The notes under the pieces: generated by a model
Database searches by the model: none
Seen by the model: the letters and a program-made list of their open reading frames with translations, nothing else
Told to the model about the DNA's origin: nothing
Shown here: positions 63,181-64,000 of the stretch, in pieces
Position numbering within the stretch: the first letter of the stretch is position 1
Layout: every line of letters starts with the position of its first letter
Assembly (NCBI GenBank): GCA_963763205.1
Contig: CAVXNQ010000022.1
Coordinates: 131,486 to 195,485, forward strand
Source: an uncultured delta proteobacterium
Lineage (GTDB): Bacteria; Desulfobacterota; Desulfuromonadia; Desulfuromonadales; DDH964
DNA: 64,000 nt
Reading direction: 5' to 3'
Program-made: the position numbers and the translations under genes

Positions 63181-63219
63181 CCGCCTGACCGGGGTGTCCC
63201 GGCAGGCGGTTGTTTTTTT
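63181..63219 (+). terminator. intrinsic terminator
   Basis: The stem CCGCCTG...CAGGCGG (with an internal CCGG/CCGG extension) is followed by TTGTTTTTTT. Confidence 0.65.
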
Positions 63220-63314
63220 GGGGATGGTGATGGGGAGAGAAACTTAGCAAATACTGCCCTGAAAGCGCCGCAACGGTGGCGCATGGGGAGCACCCGTTTG
63301 AGGTTTGTTTTATA

Positions 63315-63324
63315 GCAAATTTGC
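63315..63324 (+). promoter_or_regulatory. palindrome GCAAATTTGC next to a GATAAT -10: candidate operator of the toxin-antitoxin operon
   Basis: A perfect 10-bp palindrome 19 nt upstream of the toxin ATG, overlapping a -10-like TTGCGATAAT. Confidence 0.4.
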
Positions 63325-63342
63325 GATAATATGGAGGGGTGA

Positions 63343-63672
63343 ATGCGGTGGTCGGTTGAGTTTCTGGACGACGTGGTTGAGGAGGAATTCCATGCCCTCC
63401 CCGGGGATATGCAGGCGCGTTTTGTCCGTATATCCGAGTTGATCGAGGCTTATGGAATTGAACACGTGGGGATGCCCCATGTGCGCCACCTCGAAGGAAA
63501 ACTCTGGGAAATGCGGGCGAAGGGCAAGGCCGGGATTTCCCGCGGGATCTACGTCGCGATCAGCGGCAGGCGGGTGGTGATTCTGCGAATCTTCGTAAAG
63601 AGAACTCAGAAAACGCCGAGGGCGGAAATTTGCCTGGCATTGGACCGGATGAAGGGGTTGCAAGATGGGTGA
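63343..63672 (+). CDS. type II toxin, RelE/ParE superfamily (HigB-2 / phage Gp49-like)
   Basis: 109 aa in upstream-toxin arrangement. The conserved ...LEGKLWEMR...GIYVAISGRRVVILRIFVKRTQKTP C-terminus is typical of the Gp49/HigB-like family. GGAGGGG RBS. Confidence 0.7.
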   Translation: MRWSVEFLDDVVEEEFHALPGDMQARFVRISELIEAYGIEHVGMPHVRHLEGKLWEMRAKGKAGISRGIYVAISGRRVVILRIFVKRTQKTPRAEICLALDRMKGLQDG

Positions 63673-63946
63673 AAAAATCGCACAGGTCAAAGAGGAACTT
63701 CTGGCCGATGAAGAATTTCGGCGGGAATACGACTCGCTGGAAGAGGAGTTTTCCATTGCAGCGCAACTGATCGAAGCCCGGACCAAGGCGAACCTCACCC
63801 AGGAACAGGTTGCCCGGCGCATGGGCACGACGCAGTCGGTCGTTGCGCGGCTCGAATCGGGCCATCCGCTTCCGAGCCTCCGGAGTCTGAGGCGGTATGC
63901 ATCGGCGGTGGGGAGCAAGGTGGAGATTCGGTTGGTGCGGGAATGA
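63665..63946 (+). CDS. HigA-like antitoxin, XRE-family helix-turn-helix
   Basis: The HTH segment LTQEQVARRMGTTQSVVARLESG. Its start overlaps the toxin stop. Confidence 0.8.
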   Translation: MGEKIAQVKEELLADEEFRREYDSLEEEFSIAAQLIEARTKANLTQEQVARRMGTTQSVVARLESGHPLPSLRSLRRYASAVGSKVEIRLVRE

Positions 63947-64000
63947 ATTGAATATGGTATCCCCGGAACCCGAAGATGGGGTGCCCGGAAACCCGGTGGA

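Overview
This 64 kb window is high-GC (about 65%) chromosomal DNA. The gene content and order point to a Desulfuromonadales / Geobacter-like deltaproteobacterium. The clearest signal is the lysC-cimA (citramalate synthase) adjacency inside the block tilS-ftsH-folP-cdaA-cdaR/glmM-pdxJ-acpS-nnr-CBS-tsaE-lpd-lysC-cimA-comEA.

The left end (1-7 kb) carries:
- a PiT/PhoU-like phosphate transporter;
- a frameshifted DUF362-ferredoxin gene;
- a YjbQ gene and an alpha/beta hydrolase;
- tRNA-fMet and a second CAT-anticodon tRNA immediately upstream of tilS, each with its own TTGACA-17 promoter.

From 7 to 21.6 kb lies the conserved housekeeping operon block listed above. It contains an unusual in-frame CdaR(YbbR)-GlmM fusion ORF.

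From 21.7 to 38.7 kb is a mixed accessory region:
- a small zinc-ribbon ORF;
- a PAS protein;
- rbgA flanked by two YkgJ-type Cys-cluster proteins;
- an MBL hydrolase;
- a LysR regulator with a divergent methyltransferase and MFS transporter;
- LysE and DUF502;
- an NfeD-flotillin pair, with the flotillin gene frameshifted twice;
- a REP-associated tyrosine transposase (RAYT) flanked by inverted GGGGACGG-core REP repeats;
- YciI, DUF2238, panE, a gamma-carbonic anhydrase, a second LysR, and tag.

From 38.8 to 51.8 kb is a candidate alcohol/aldehyde oxidation island under sigma54 and two-component control. It contains:
- a GAF/PAS histidine kinase and an NtrC-family response regulator;
- three iron-containing alcohol dehydrogenases;
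- a tungsten-type aldehyde:ferredoxin oxidoreductase;
- an orphan ribbon-helix-helix (RHH) protein;
- a PAS-PP2C phosphatase;
- a DUF2779 nuclease-like gene;
- a near-consensus sigma54 -24/-12 element upstream of the second ADH;
- a (GTGAAAA)6 heptamer array directly upstream of the kinase gene.

The right end holds:
- an Rrf2 regulator and an SLC13/TrkA-C permease;
- an MsbA-like ABC exporter gene carrying at least 8 single-base frameshifts (a pseudogene or a locally poor assembly);
- a methyltransferase and a PNPOx-like protein;
- a 1070-aa sodium:solute-symporter-GAF-PP2C membrane phosphatase with a small DUF3311-like partner;
- a HigB/HigA-like toxin-antitoxin pair.

No CRISPR array and no rRNA were seen. 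Single-base frameshifts occur in several otherwise conserved genes (DUF362-Fd, nnr, flotillin, DUF2779, ABC), often at short homopolymers. Sequence quality therefore needs checking before any of these is called a pseudogene.
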